DNA of 64,000 nt from Amphiscolops sp. MND2022 (taxonomy: Eukaryota): the NCBI GenBank assembly GCA_964187785.1, contig OZ076409.1, positions 89,530,001 to 89,594,000 on the forward strand, given 5' to 3'. The notes under the pieces were generated by a model. The model had not been told where the DNA came from. It ran no database searches and worked only from the letters and a program-made list of their open reading frames with translations. This document shows, in pieces, positions 24,228 through 36,395 of the stretch (positions are counted from its first letter, which is position 1; each line of letters begins with the position of its first letter). The position numbers were made by a program, and so were the translations under genes.

Positions 24228-25989
24228 AGAAAATGACAGTTAATTTTCGGAATTTAGCAAAAAAATCTTTTCGAAAAAACTTCTAGCAAAATAAAACCTC
24301 CTAAAAAGTAGTTTTTCCTCAAAGTAAGTTTGAACTCTACTGCTGCCACCGTTAGCTGTAGCTTTTCATAGATTTTGCGTGCATGTCAATATGGGCCCAT
24401 ATTTAACTGCAGCCTTTCGCCTGTTTTACATTTTTCAATTTCTACAGTATCAGCAATAACCGGACTTCATTGCACTAGCCATTAGCTACTCAAAGTCAAT
24501 GCTACTCAGCATGATGGTTCACACTTGTTATTTTTTTAATGAAACTCTCACGTAGGTTAAATAGTCCATTGATGTCTCCCTCGGTCCCTCGAAAGTAGTC
24601 TTTTTTGCTTTTAGTCCAAAAGACAATAAATGTCACTAATACTTTGCTTCTTGTTCACAAAGTAGATTTTTTTAACTAGTGGTGAATGAGAAGGTTCTTT
24701 AAAACAGTTTTCTCTCGCATCTGTTTCAGAATGAGAAAACCTAGCTTCGGTCGCTAAATAAAAGTTTTAAATCTCGTGAAGCTTTTTTGCCTGTTTGGGA
24801 AACTTTTCTCTGCACTATATAATTTAATGGATGAAGGTCTCAAGATGGAAGGTTGAATTTTTAAGCGTCAGTTGACGAAACAGAAAAAAAACTGTTTCGT
24901 CTCATGGAGGTTAGATATTGCTCATGAAACAGGACATTGCAGACTAGACATGCAAAGTTCAAAAAAACGTTGAAAATTTTAGAAAATTCAGCTAAGAAGG
25001 TCTGAAAATGGAAACAGTGATTATAAACTTTTGATGTACTTGTGCATTTTTTGTTGGAGAAGTTGGCCCGTTCTATCTTTATCATGTGTTTTCAGTTTGA
25101 TTGGTATGTAGTTCAAAAGGTACAAAACAAACATGAAACTGTAAAATGCTTTTGCCGTACCTTTAGAATTCTTTGGTGCATTTTGAATTTTACGATTCAG
25201 TAAATGTGATATGCTTTTTATAGTTTTAACCCTATTTAGCATAGTGGTACGTATTTGCACCACTTAAGAACTGCAAACTTCTAAAGGCATCAGCCCACCG
25301 TATGGTAAAGGAAACTCTTGAATAAGATCATCTTATGTAATTTTGTCTGAATATGATTTTCAGACAAAATTACATAGCATTGCACGCATTTTCACGGATT
25401 GTTGACTTGATGTCCGCAAAATCAAAAGAAAACGGGGCCAAAAAATCAAAAAAAAAATTAGCGCAAAATTTCCGTTTTTCCTGTTTTCTTGTAAGGCCAC
25501 TTTATAATACTGGGGACAAGATTGGGTCAAAGGGGTCTAGCATGTTTTGAAACAAGCTGAGCTGCAGCCAGAGACACAACGCGTGCAAAGTTTTGTCGCA
25601 AAGTCCGGAGCCAGTGCGGCGAAAATTGATTGAAAGTTTAAAAATTGATTTGAAAGCCCCGATGCTCTTCTTTTGAACGCTGTATAAATCGTTTGTCGGA
25701 CTTGAATAGTTTAGGCGATATCGCGGTTTAAAGTTTAAGCAACCTTTTTTTCGATGGATCCAGAAAATTCCACCTCTATTCCGGGTTAATTGTCATCAAA
25801 TCTTTTTCCACTTCAGTAGGTTCAATGGGCCGTTCTTCAGGAAAACACTCATAATCGAACTCAACCGGTTTATAATAGAATATGAATGAGGAATTTATGA
25901 AAATAGATTCTAACAATGCAAACGAGTAGTTACAAATTGATTTTTCAATGATTTTTAAGTTGTCCCAATGTATATGAGATTGGAGTGTA

Positions 25990-26188
25990 TCATTGGCTAG
26001 AGTTGACCAATTTCCCCTCGTAGAAAACGGACTTGATTTCGAAGGTTTCAGTCATGAGGACCAAGTTAGCTGTTCTCCCTGGCAGCAGAAACCCCAACCG
26101 ACCCCCCACGCCTAAAAAGGTAGCTGGATTCTCAGTGGCGCACTTCACTGCTTCCGGCACAGTCAACTTCGCCGCTTTCTTCAAACCC
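25990..26188 (-). CDS. AMDHD2: N-acetylglucosamine-6-phosphate deacetylase, exon 5 (stop)
   Basis: CAG acceptor; ATENPATFLG..GRLGFLLPGRTANLV; TGA at 25990-25992. The five exons total 1179 nt (392 aa plus stop). Confidence 0.93.
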
Positions 26189-26829
26189 CTGAAACATGGA
26201 AGTAATTGAAATTTTATCATAGAATTTACAGGCCTCGTTGTTTCGGAAGATAATGGAGTTTTTATTTTGAAACAAAATTCAGAAAGACAGTCCAAATTAA
26301 AAACAGTTTTTGTGGTATTGAGTCAGTAATGACGCAGTTTCAAAATGAGACCAGGGTAAAAGCTAAAATTCCCCTTTTTTTGTATTAAGTATCGTGATTA
26401 AATTCCCATGTAATTTTTGTCGAAAAATCAGTGTATATGTTGTCGCCTCTCTTGAATTTGACCTTAGTCTCAGATTGCTGACAGAAAAATTGGAAACAAG
26501 AAAATTGAAGTTTAGAAATCTTTGACAAGTGTCAAACTGATAACAGAAACACATTTCCCTCTGAATTTCGTATTCAACGGGCAGTTTTTGCAGAAAATTT
26601 CACGAGCCGCTTGCGAATTTGAGCAAGCTGTCGTGTCTCTAAAAACTCTATTGGTTTTTTGTTTTTTCCCCACCTTCTTATACGGTCCTTCCGTCATTGA
26701 CCTCTACGGAGCTTCGGCCCGGACAGTACTTGCTTTACTGTATATAAGCAAAAAAGCTGAGAGATTGAAACTTATAACATGTACTTTTGTTATATAGTTT
26801 AGTTTTGAGTTACATTGAACAAAACAACC

Positions 26830-27105
26830 GTAGTCGAACTGCCATACATTTCTTGCAAGAATCTTGGAGATCTGGAACAGAAACTAAGTGGATCAGACAT
26901 TATCTGCAAGAATCTTGCAAGTATCTTACATTTCCGATAAACCTGTCAGATCACAGACATTTCTAACAGATTCAGGGCTTCCTTGCAAAATTCTTGCAGG
27001 TCCAGATTCTTGGATGGATCTTGCAAGACAATGTCTGAAAATTGCAAGAAATTTTGCAAGGAAATATATGGAATGTACTGAAAGCATCAAGGTTGTTTCT
27101 CCAGT
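26830..27105. repeat. MITE-like remnant with (CTTGCAAG) palindromic repeats in AMDHD2 intron 4
   Basis: Several TCTTGCAAGA / TTGCAAG motifs clustered together. Confidence 0.45.
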
Positions 27106-27311
27106 TTTAGATCAACCAGTTTTTCATACAAACGTTTTTCCTGTGAAAATTGTTCATTTCAACAATTGTGACCACCACTAATCGCTACAGCAGCTCCATT
27201 CCGGTTTCTAGCGCTGGACACGGCTCGAAAATTTTTGGAGGTAGAAGTTCTTAAGATGTATATCCTTTCAGTAACTCTCTTTCTCACACTTAGCCTCAGA
27301 ATACAACACAC

Positions 27312-27552
27312 CTGAGACACCTAATCATGGTTGCGTTGCTACCCGCCAGAGTTTCCGTGCCCTCCAGGACCACCCTGTCTTGTTTGACCTCTACCCTCTG
27401 TCCCAGGGTGTTGTAGAACCCTGGATCGAAGCCCGCTAAGCTGACCGCGTCTGTTACAACCACTAGGTTCTTGTTACCTTTGTAAGCCAATCGGATCGCG
27501 CCATCATCCAAATGGACGCCATCGGTGATCAGACCATAAAATGCCTTGCTCG
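27312..27552 (-). CDS. AMDHD2: N-acetylglucosamine-6-phosphate deacetylase, exon 4
   Basis: CAG acceptor; YGLITDGVH, VVTDA (catalytic Asp), TLAGS; GT donor, phase 2. Confidence 0.93.
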
Positions 27553-28023
27553 CTGCAATGAAAACGGGGAATATTTTGGTGATATTTTCGAAGATAATGT
27601 GGGCAGGTTACCAAATCAATTGCGTTAGTTGGAATCATTTAGCCAACTTATTAGTTTTGATTTTCTGTAGTCTAAAAAATAGTTCTAGAACAGGAGCTAT
27701 TTTTCATGAATATCATTAATTTTCAAAACATTTTGTTCACTACATTGCATAATTGAAGTTTATCAATAGATTTCTTCAAGTCATTTCTAAAAACCCAATT
27801 TTAAGCTTTGTTAGTTACGATTTAGTTACTCGGAAAAGCTCTAATAAAACACGTAGGAAATGTCAATTACAACTGATTGCAAAATACATTAATAAAAAAT
27901 ATGTATTTTCCATGATTCGTCAAATGGATCAACCGTGTATGCGTATATTTAATGAAATTAGGCAGCCAACACCTGAAAATGCATGACTCAACGATTTTTT
28001 TGCTGAAACATGCCAATAAATAC

Positions 28024-28269
28024 CCGCGTCACTCGTGATGGCACCAATAATTCCAGGGTCCCGATGATGGAATGGTCGAATGCAACTGAACATGTGGGTG
28101 ACACATGACGCTCCCATTTCAAATGACGTCACAGCTTGTTTGTAGTTGCACTGAGTGTGTCCAAGACTCACTTTGATTCCTCTCGATACCAAGTCACATA
28201 TGATGTCCTTTGATACTTGTTCCGGTGCAAGTGTGATGTACGATACAAACTTCATGTAACCGTAAACAT
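28024..28269 (-). CDS. AMDHD2: N-acetylglucosamine-6-phosphate deacetylase, exon 3
   Basis: CAG acceptor; ITLAPE, VSLGHT, THMF, FHHRDPG; GT donor, phase 1. Confidence 0.95.
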
Positions 28270-28621
28270 CTGAAGCGTTAAAACAAACAACTCTTTATGA
28301 TATTCTGTTGCTGAGTTCCAAAAAAGGTACCAAAAACCTGAAGGTCATTTAAACATTCATTGATGATTGTCGGCAGCGCCATGCTTTACGACGAACATTA
28401 AAGATAGAAAAAGTTTTTAAAATGAAGAATTAAAAAAAAAGAACTGACAAACTACTTTAGTAAAGGAAACAAAAATCTTTCGTTTTCAGTATACCTATAC
28501 AATCAATTAAAAAAGTTTGTTCGCAACAATTACTTTCCGTTCAATTCATTCAGCGAAGGAAAGACCAATAATTGCATAATTTAGATGTTTAGAATAGCAC
28601 ATGATTAAAACGTCAAAAAAC

Positions 28622-28942
28622 CTGTCAAGTTCTGGTATGTAACTGCAGTCCTTAGAAGCTGTTGTCTGTGTGCTCCCTTGTTATCCGGCGAGAGGAAGGG
28701 TCCTTCATAATGCAATCCCAAAAACCAATTCTGCTCCAAGATTTCGCAATGGTGACTCAGCGCTTCTTCAATTTTTTCATAGGTGTCACGGTCGCTGGTA
28801 ACCACTGTGGGGCTGAAGGAAGTCACTCCGAACTGCCGCAAGTAATCTCGGACCTCTTCTAGATGATGGTAATACTCTTCTGCTTTTGAAAGGTCGCTGA
28901 AGTCAATGCCAATAACTCCATTTATTTGAATGTCAAGGAGGC
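28622..28942 (-). CDS. AMDHD2: N-acetylglucosamine-6-phosphate deacetylase, exon 2
   Basis: CAG acceptor; GLLDIQING, GVTSFSPT, GLHYEGPFL, KGAH; GT donor, phase 1. Confidence 0.95.
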
Positions 28943-29258
28943 CTGAAGTCAAAGAGATACAATTAGAATAAAGTTATTAGAATAAAATCAAAACCATTAC
29001 AAGAAGACCTGCCGATAGAAATGTGTCTCAAAAGTATGTACCTACCTTCTGATGCGACATCTTCATCATTTAATAATTTTGGTTTCGACGGAAAACCTGA
29101 AAACTGCAGAAATCGCGGCATCAACAGATAATAAAATTTTATAGTAGTCATTTTTTGAAAACAATTGAATGTTCTTTCCGTTCCGGGGACATTTCCCGGC
29201 CCAAACACTAAAAAAATTAAAATATAAATTTTCAAGGTAAATATCCGAAAAAAATTTC

Positions 29259-29535
29259 TGTGATCGCCATAAGACGCGGGTTGTTCGTCCCGTGTATCGA
29301 CAGAGGCCGCGAGCTTCCAGTCGTGAACGGGGTAAAGACCCCTCACGGGACGAGCACATTGTTCACCGAAGCGCGCATTTTGCCTTCTAAGACTAACCTT
29401 TAGAATCGATTTTTCTGATTCTCCTCCAACTGCTCTCAGTCTGTGACGTATGACAGTCACGGTCATTCTGCTGCTTAAAGAACTACCAACTAACAAGTCC
29501 TTATAGATATGGCCGGGCAATACAAATGTTTGCCA
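29259..29535. other. GC-rich, self-complementary intronic segment (candidate structured ncRNA)
   Basis: Three-way junction: 29285-29294/29344-29353 (10 bp), 29298-29323 hairpin and 29329-29342 hairpin. Closing pair GCCATA (29266) / TATGGC (29508). No family motif recognised. Confidence 0.35.
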
Positions 29536-29908
29536 AAAAAAAATTTTTTTCATCATAAGTGTACCAAAAAATCATATTAGCTCTATCAAAATTCTACAAA
29601 AACATCACCCTGCATGCAAAGTGTGCATTAGAGAGCATTACAAAATAGTAACTCAGCTCACAACCTGTGACTCTCAGCACAGAAAGTTAGATTCTAAGGA
29701 AATCTTGCTTGTAGGCAGTTTCTATAACAACCTTCGAAATCTGTTTTTCAAGTGTGTGCGTTTCCTTAATGTGTTTTTCAGTCAATCGGCTTTCATTGAC
29801 ATGACCGAAATCATTGGCTGCTTCGAATTTTTGGTATCATTTTTCGTAGGCCTATAATTGGGTATCGGTACAATATTTCTGATACCTGAATCATAGACAT
29901 TACGATAC

Positions 29909-30303
29909 GGTGTCCGGAAATTACGCCCAAGGAAATTACGCCCAATCGGAAATTGCGCCCAAAGGTAAATTACGCCCAAGGAAATTACGATAATCAGCTA
30001 TGTCCACATACCCCTAGTGCCCTAAATGCAGGAGCGAAGCGAAGCGGAGCGACGTGCCATATAGCCATGCCTCAATGTTGCACTTGGCGAAGGGAGCGAA
30101 GCGACCGAGCCATACAACAAATATGCTAACCTCTTCAAATAATAACCTGAAAATAATCGCTGCTATTCGCTTTGAATAGCTTAATTTCCTTGGGCGTAAG
30201 TTCCGTTTGGGCGCAATTTTCTTGGGCGTAATTTCCTTGGGCGTAATTTCTTTGGGCGTATTTTCCTTGGGCTTAATTTCCTTGGGCGTAATTTCCTAGA
30301 ACC
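29909..30303. mobile_element. Foldback MITE with GG..CC termini (Mutator/Merlin-type) in AMDHD2 intron 1
   Basis: Arms built from 15-bp AAATTACGCCCAAGG repeats in inverted orientation; perfect 8-bp TSD TACGATAC (29901-29908, 30304-30311). Confidence 0.88.
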
Positions 30304-30592
30304 TACGATACATATGCCGCAAAACTGGATTTTATCATCCAGTGTAAAGTGTATTTTCCGTAAAACGAGAGCGAACCGTATTCTAGTCAAATAGTGCACC
30401 GTGTTCATCGCGGATTGTGATGCACAGTGTAACAAAAAATTTTGCATTGTGATCATCGAGCGTGATTGTGTAAAGTAGTCATTTACTGTATTTTGATCAC
30501 TACGCGTAACGCCAAATCGATTCGGAATTGAGAAAAATATGCGAGCATTATGTTTTTGGGACATCCAAGAATCTTTGAAAAAAATTGTATAC

Positions 30593-30764
30593 CTGGAGTC
30601 AAGAACAGCCCATGACAGTCTAATACTTTCGTGGGAGTCTTTTTGTCGACATAGAAGCTGTGCTGTTTGTCCAAAATGATTCCATTTTCAACCCAAATAT
30701 CTTCTTCAATCGCCTCTCCGCCGCGGCAAAGTTTGCAGTTGGTAAAACAGACAACATCAGACAT
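30593..30764 (-). CDS. AMDHD2: N-acetylglucosamine-6-phosphate deacetylase, exon 1
   Basis: ATG at 30764; MSDVVCFTNCKL..DIWVENGII..LDCHGLFLTP amidohydrolase N-terminus; GT donor at 30592, phase 1. Confidence 0.9.
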
Positions 30765-32291
30765 CAATAGTATGTCGTTTCTGAGTATCAATCACAAGGC
30801 CTTAACTAGAATCAGTATTTTCTTCAGGCAAATTATCCTCTATCAAATAACTCATTATGACAAGCTCAAGACTAACTTTATTGACAGTTTGTGCTTATCG
30901 CTTTACATTATCTCTACTCTAGACTTGAATGCTGTTCAAATTGAAGCTTGGAATGTGCCAAAAAGTTAATTCGTTTTATAAAACTTTGAGGTTCGAATCC
31001 AACATACCCAGAATACTCCAATCAAAGGACCAATTTGAAGTATCATATCGGTCAAAAATGGAATATTCGACATAATGTGTTCACTCATTGTTAAACGCAC
31101 AACTCTAATTTTGCATCTGGATACAGATATAAACCTAATAAGCATGTAGAGCTCAAATGAGATAGACCAAGTGTTTTCGTTGAAGGAAAAAAGAATCAAA
31201 TACTATTACGTCGACATCGTTTGTGAGGAAGTTTTGGTCCAAAGAATTGATAACGACATAATCCAATCTTTTACTTTGATTGACAGTTGAAGGTGGTTGC
31301 TCAGAATACTTCTAGCGGGGTCTTTGTATCCTGTTTCCTATTTCAAACGTCCCTCCCCCGTGGCTACTTGGGTGAAAATAAGAAACATGGCCCGGTCGAT
31401 TTTCATTCTCATCAAATCTGTAACGACAAGCGCTGCCCTTCTTATGCCCTAAAATTAATACCTTGGACCGGTTGTAGAGGGAAATAAGACATATGGTTCA
31501 AATACCATTATGTCGACATCGTATTGGTTGAAATTTTTGTGCGATGGAATATTTGATGTCAACATATTCTTATCTTTTTCATTAACTGTCAGGTAATAGT
31601 TGCTCATTAAAGTTTATCGTGGAGAAAACTTGCGTTGAAATTGGGGCCTTTTTATACGATTGTAGCTTGTTCGAAGCGTGAATTTTTGCCATATTTGACA
31701 ATAATATTAAAAATCAATATTGTTGTCCAAAACAATCCTCTAAGTATTTACATTCTTATAATATTCTCTTTCTGGTGAAATATTTTTATTCAAGAACAAA
31801 ATGTTCTTTCATGTTGAGGGGGGATTCAAAACAAGGTGCACCTGGGGAGAAAAGACACACGATCTCACAACTTTTTCGTTTAAACAACCAGAACCCCCCC
31901 CAACTAAAACGTAAGCCACTTTTACACATTCAAAATAATTGTAAGGATGAAAGACTATGATGATTTTGAAATTACTCAGAAAATGGTCTCTAGAGCTGTT
32001 TTGACACTTCCAGCCAAATGAATTTCCGATATTGTGTTCCTGAATAGCAACAATTCACGCTTACACAATTGTAACTTTAAGTGATAAGATATGCAGCGCT
32101 TGTCGTTACAAGACATTGTCGCAATTCTAGACAGTTTTGATGAGAATGAAAATCAGCAGAGTTCAGCGACGATAGATTACCCGGACCATGTTTATTTCCC
32201 ACCCGAGGAGCTGCGGAGAGTTGGTTTCAAGTAGGAAACAAGATTCAAACACCATTATGTCAACATTCTTTGCGATATAAGATTTTAAACT

Positions 32292-33095
32292 AACAAGACG
32301 GGAACGTCTAACGTCGGCGCTATATCTAAGGCTCAAAAAGCGCAAAACATTTTTTTGCGAAAAACTTGAAATTTTCGAAAAATTTTTTCTTCCGGAAAAT
32401 GTCGCACAGTGCCAAAAAATGTAAAAGATGGAACCCTTTTTTATTTATAAACATGGATTCTGTTGCAAAATAACAAAAAACTCAAAGGGGGACCCTTTGG
32501 GGACATTGAAAAATTTTCGAAAAAAGGTCGCACAGTGCAGAAAAAAAATCAAAAGGGGGGACCCTTTTGTCTCGGCCGGTTTTGTAGGTTACTTTTAAAA
32601 AGTAAAAAATGAAAGGGGGACCCTTTGGAGACAAAAAAAACGCACAGTGCCAAAAAAATCGAAAGAGGGGACTCTTTAGTCTTGTCCGGTTATGTAGGTT
32701 ACCTTGAAAAAGTAAAATTTGAAAGGGGGGACCCTTTTTGATTTATAAACATGCATTCTGTTGCAAAATATCAAAAAACTCAAAGGGGGGACCCTTTGGG
32801 GACATTGAAAAATTTTCGAAAAAAAGTCGCACAGTGCCGAATAAAAATCAAAAGGGGGGACTCTTTAGTCCCGTCCGGTTTGTTAATTACGTTGAAAACG
32901 TAAAAAATGAAAGGGGGGACCCTTTGCACTAAGTTTGCCTTGGCCCCTTTGCCGGACTGAGCGCCTTAGGTGGTTTCAGGATTGTTTCTAAAAAGTGGAC
33001 CGATCAGTGTGAGGATTGTAGTCTGAAGAAAAAAAACAAACAGTCACTGCTGTAGTCGGGCATTTTTCCCTTAAAAGAAAAGCGCCGACTAAAAA
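32292..33095 (-). mobile_element. DINE-1/HINE-like element, copy 3 (longest, opposite orientation)
   Basis: AACAAGACGGGAACGTCTAACGTCGGCGCTATATCTAAGGCTC ... GCGCCGACTAAAAA; multiple GGGGACCCTTT / CGCACAGTGCC repeats; no TSD. Confidence 0.8.
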
Positions 33096-33548
33096 TGTAT
33101 ATGATCTCGACATAATCCGATATTTAACATTTATTGACTTTGGAAAGCTGCTTATTGGATTCTACATGTTGTCTAAATATTCGAGACTTCCTATACTACT
33201 CTGGCTCGTTCAGGTGTGAAGTTTTGCAATTTTGCGGAAGAAATATAAACACGTTGGGATTACTTTTGCTGACCGGGTTAAACTGGCTCATCAGATCATC
33301 CTCTAAGTGATTTTAACCATATCATTTTTTTTCGTTCGTGCAAGAATGGTTCTCAAGTATGAAAAATTGCTTCATGTTGAGGCTTATGAAACCCTGACTA
33401 AGGCTCAAAAATAGCAACAGAACTTCGAAACGTCAAATATTCTCTCCCACAGTACCGTAAAATGTAGATGGTTCCAATCGAGTGTTTTGACTTTCGGTTC
33501 AATCAATCAATTGTCCGCTACTATGTTCATCTTGTTGCTTTTGCTCTT

Positions 33549-36395
33549 AGGTGCTATCTCGCCTCGCAGCAAAAATGATGAAAAACTATGGTGTTTCATT
33601 GTCGCTACCTGCTCCAGTTTTTTTATGAAATAAAACTCATCCAACACTTCGATTAAAGCAGACAACTTTTGGGTTGAAACCAGGCCAGTCTGACCTGTGA
33701 ATGTTTCAAAGAAGGTCCTTAATAAAATCGGCTGCCTAGTTTTATTATTTGCAGGTGATGTCGATTTTAACCCCGGCCCCACTCACGTGTAAAAGAAAAG
33801 TACTGCAGTGCTCTCCCGTAACAGCAAAAAACTGAAGTTTTTTCATGTGAACTGTCAAAGCATTATCCAAAAGAAAACACAAAAGGAAAACCTTGTCGAG
33901 GATCGTGGCAACAACACTGTATAAGGGTTCTCTGAAACATGGTTTTAAAAAATATAGGACAATCAGTGTTTCTGGGAAATGAAAAAAGATCTTTTCAAAC
34001 TATATCGTTCAGATAGAGAAACAACGTTAAATGACAGAGGTGGTGGGGTAATGCTTGACGTTCTAAAATCACCTAATCCCAAAGTAAGAAAGGACCATAG
34101 TCATCTGAGCAAAAATCTTTTGGATCGAATGAAACCTGAACAATCACAACCAAATGAAAAGAAAGCAACTCATCAGCATTAACTACAACGAATTAAAATA
34201 TTGAGTGGAGTTCTTTTTTGAAGAATTATCAACAACCCTTGGTTTTGCCGTCCCCGAAAACAAGCCACCGAAAGCAAAACAAACTTGATGAGGTATTATA
34301 ATACTGACTCTCTCAATTGGAAAGAAAAGCAAGCTTCTGTCATTGTTCCCTATGGACTAGGCGTCATCAATGACAACCAACCAACGAGGGTACAAGGAAA
34401 TCCCAACTGAAGTAGTTTCTATAAACAAGATTGTCCTGAGGGGATCTACACAATATTTTGCGAAACCATTGAGAAAGCGCTTGATAGTTGTACCTACAGA
34501 AAGACAGTTTTCGTCAAAAGTGATACAAATGTTTCCACTATGCATAACCAATGGATCAATACACAGACCGGGAACAGTTTTTGAAAAATCAACCTCAACT
34601 CAAACCCAAACGAGGCTGCCCATAAAACACTTAAACATGAATTCATCGATGATTTAAGCGCTAGTGAGATGGAATATCGAATAATATTCTTTAAAGACTT
34701 GACATCAGAAAAAGATGAATTGACCATTATAAACGAAGCCAGAAACGCTAATGGAACTGCAACTACAAAATCGAGCTTGAAAAATTGTTTCCGTTATCTA
34801 GTACCTGGTGACTTACACTTTGCCGATTTTTTGAATTGTCGTTTTTCCAAAATCGGCAACTTTCTTCTAGGCGATATGAAAGCTATATTCCACGGCTATA
34901 TAGTGCAAAAAATCCAATGAAGTAACGTTTCATCCCATAAGTCTATTTGAATAAAAAACATACCAGGAAAATGAAAATCAACAAACCTTTAGGACCATCA
35001 AAAATCCTGCATAGCCTCAATAGACGCGATGAAAGTTTACTGCTGAGCCACTCACGCTTCTCATTAACAGTTTGCTGGAGGAAGGAATATTCCCAAACCA
35101 TTTGAAGCAAGCTTATGTTATCCCAAAACTCAAAAAAGGGGATTACGAAGAACCTAACAGTTTTCAACCTATTTGTATTACTCCTGCACTGTTTAATATC
35201 TTTGAAAAAGTCTTTGAAAAGCCAAATCACTCAATACTTCTTGGATTCCGTGGAAATTGTTCTTCTGTTGATGCTTTGTTGTATGCTATTGAGAACATCC
35301 GTTAAAAAATTTATGACAACGAAAACGTTGCTGCAGTATTGTTGAATCGTTAGAAAGCGTTTGATTCGATGTCGCAATATATTTTATTGGACAAATTGGA
35401 AGAACTTTTTATCGGTAATCATGCAGTCTCATTAATACAAAGTTATCTAAAAAAATCAAAAAGTGATGCTCACCACTTGTAAATCGGATTGGATTCAAAT
35501 ATATCAAGGTGTTCCACAAGGCAAAGTATTGGGTTCAATGTTTACGGCGTCTCAATGTTTACTTCAAACCTGTTAGAAAATCAGTTTCTAATCTTTGTCA
35601 TTTTGTACAATATGTTGATGATACATTGATAAATTGATGTTTTCATCCCATCAAGATAAAAACCAAGCGATACAAATGAAAATGTAATAACTGGTGCATT
35701 TGTTTGAATGCCATAGAATGACTATCAATGCAGATATGAATGCATTCATAATTTTCTGTAAACCATCCTAAAACAATCAAAAAAAATCTAAAGTTAGTGG
35801 TGAGAAATGAAACGATCAAAATTTCGGGGAGTGTCGAATAGCTTGGAATCATTCTTGATCAGAACCTAAAATTTCAAAATGTAGTGAAAAATCTAATGAA
35901 ATAAATTGCATGCGGAATCAAAACAATATACGCAATACATGAATCATTTCGCGAGCAAACTTGGATAATGATATTGAATGCAATTGTTGTCAATCATCTT
36001 GCTTAATTGAAATTCCGAAAATCACTTACTTCTTTGGAAAAACAACTGAGCTGGCAGGATAGAGCATGTTTTATTAGGGGAAAATGTGATCACTTAGCGG
36101 ATCTGGAACTTTTGCATGTTTTTTTACCTATACGATATTTCTCGAACTTGAAGTCAACTTTAATTCTCTTGGAAGTTCTGTCACAACATGGTTCCCTCTT
36201 TAGCGAATGATAAGAAACCAACTGATGCTGTTATTAGAGAAAATAATTTAATCGACAGATCAAATCTATCTCAATATCAAAAGCGACAGTATCTTTATAG
36301 AAAATATCTTTCTCAGCAAATGGTTCTAATATGCAACACCTTACCGAAACTTTTGGAAACGGAACGACATTCATATCAAACTAAAAAGGCGAAGA
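33549..36395 (+). mobile_element. Decayed CR1/L2/Crack-like LINE ORF2 (2A-like + APE + RT), copy 1
   Basis: LLFAGDVDFNPGP, FHVNCQSI, GFSETWF, RGGGVML, IFPNHLKQAYVIP..KKGD..PICITP, GFRG, QGVPQG, YVDDT, LGIILDQNL; many stops. Confidence 0.85.

Noticed and set aside
29178..29202. RNase MRP CR-I-like motif (minus strand GGAAATGTCCCCGG)
   Set aside because: No complementary CR-V (GGGGC..) downstream; it resembles a foldback MITE terminus instead.
29388..29402. Telomerase RNA template (CTAACCT)
   Set aside because: Too short for a TTAGGG template and lies downstream of the three-way junction, the wrong domain order.
28963..29556. 197-aa ORF as a separate gene or extra AMDHD2 exon
   Set aside because: No recognisable motifs; exon 1 joins exon 2 seamlessly (TP-G-LLD) without it.
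30181..30564. ORF with (KLRPR)n repeats
   Set aside because: Translation of the 15-bp MITE arm repeats.
25990..30764. Bacterial nagA contamination or recent horizontal transfer
   Set aside because: Four spliceosomal introns with consistent phases and AMDHD2-type motifs (DIQING, FHHRDPG).
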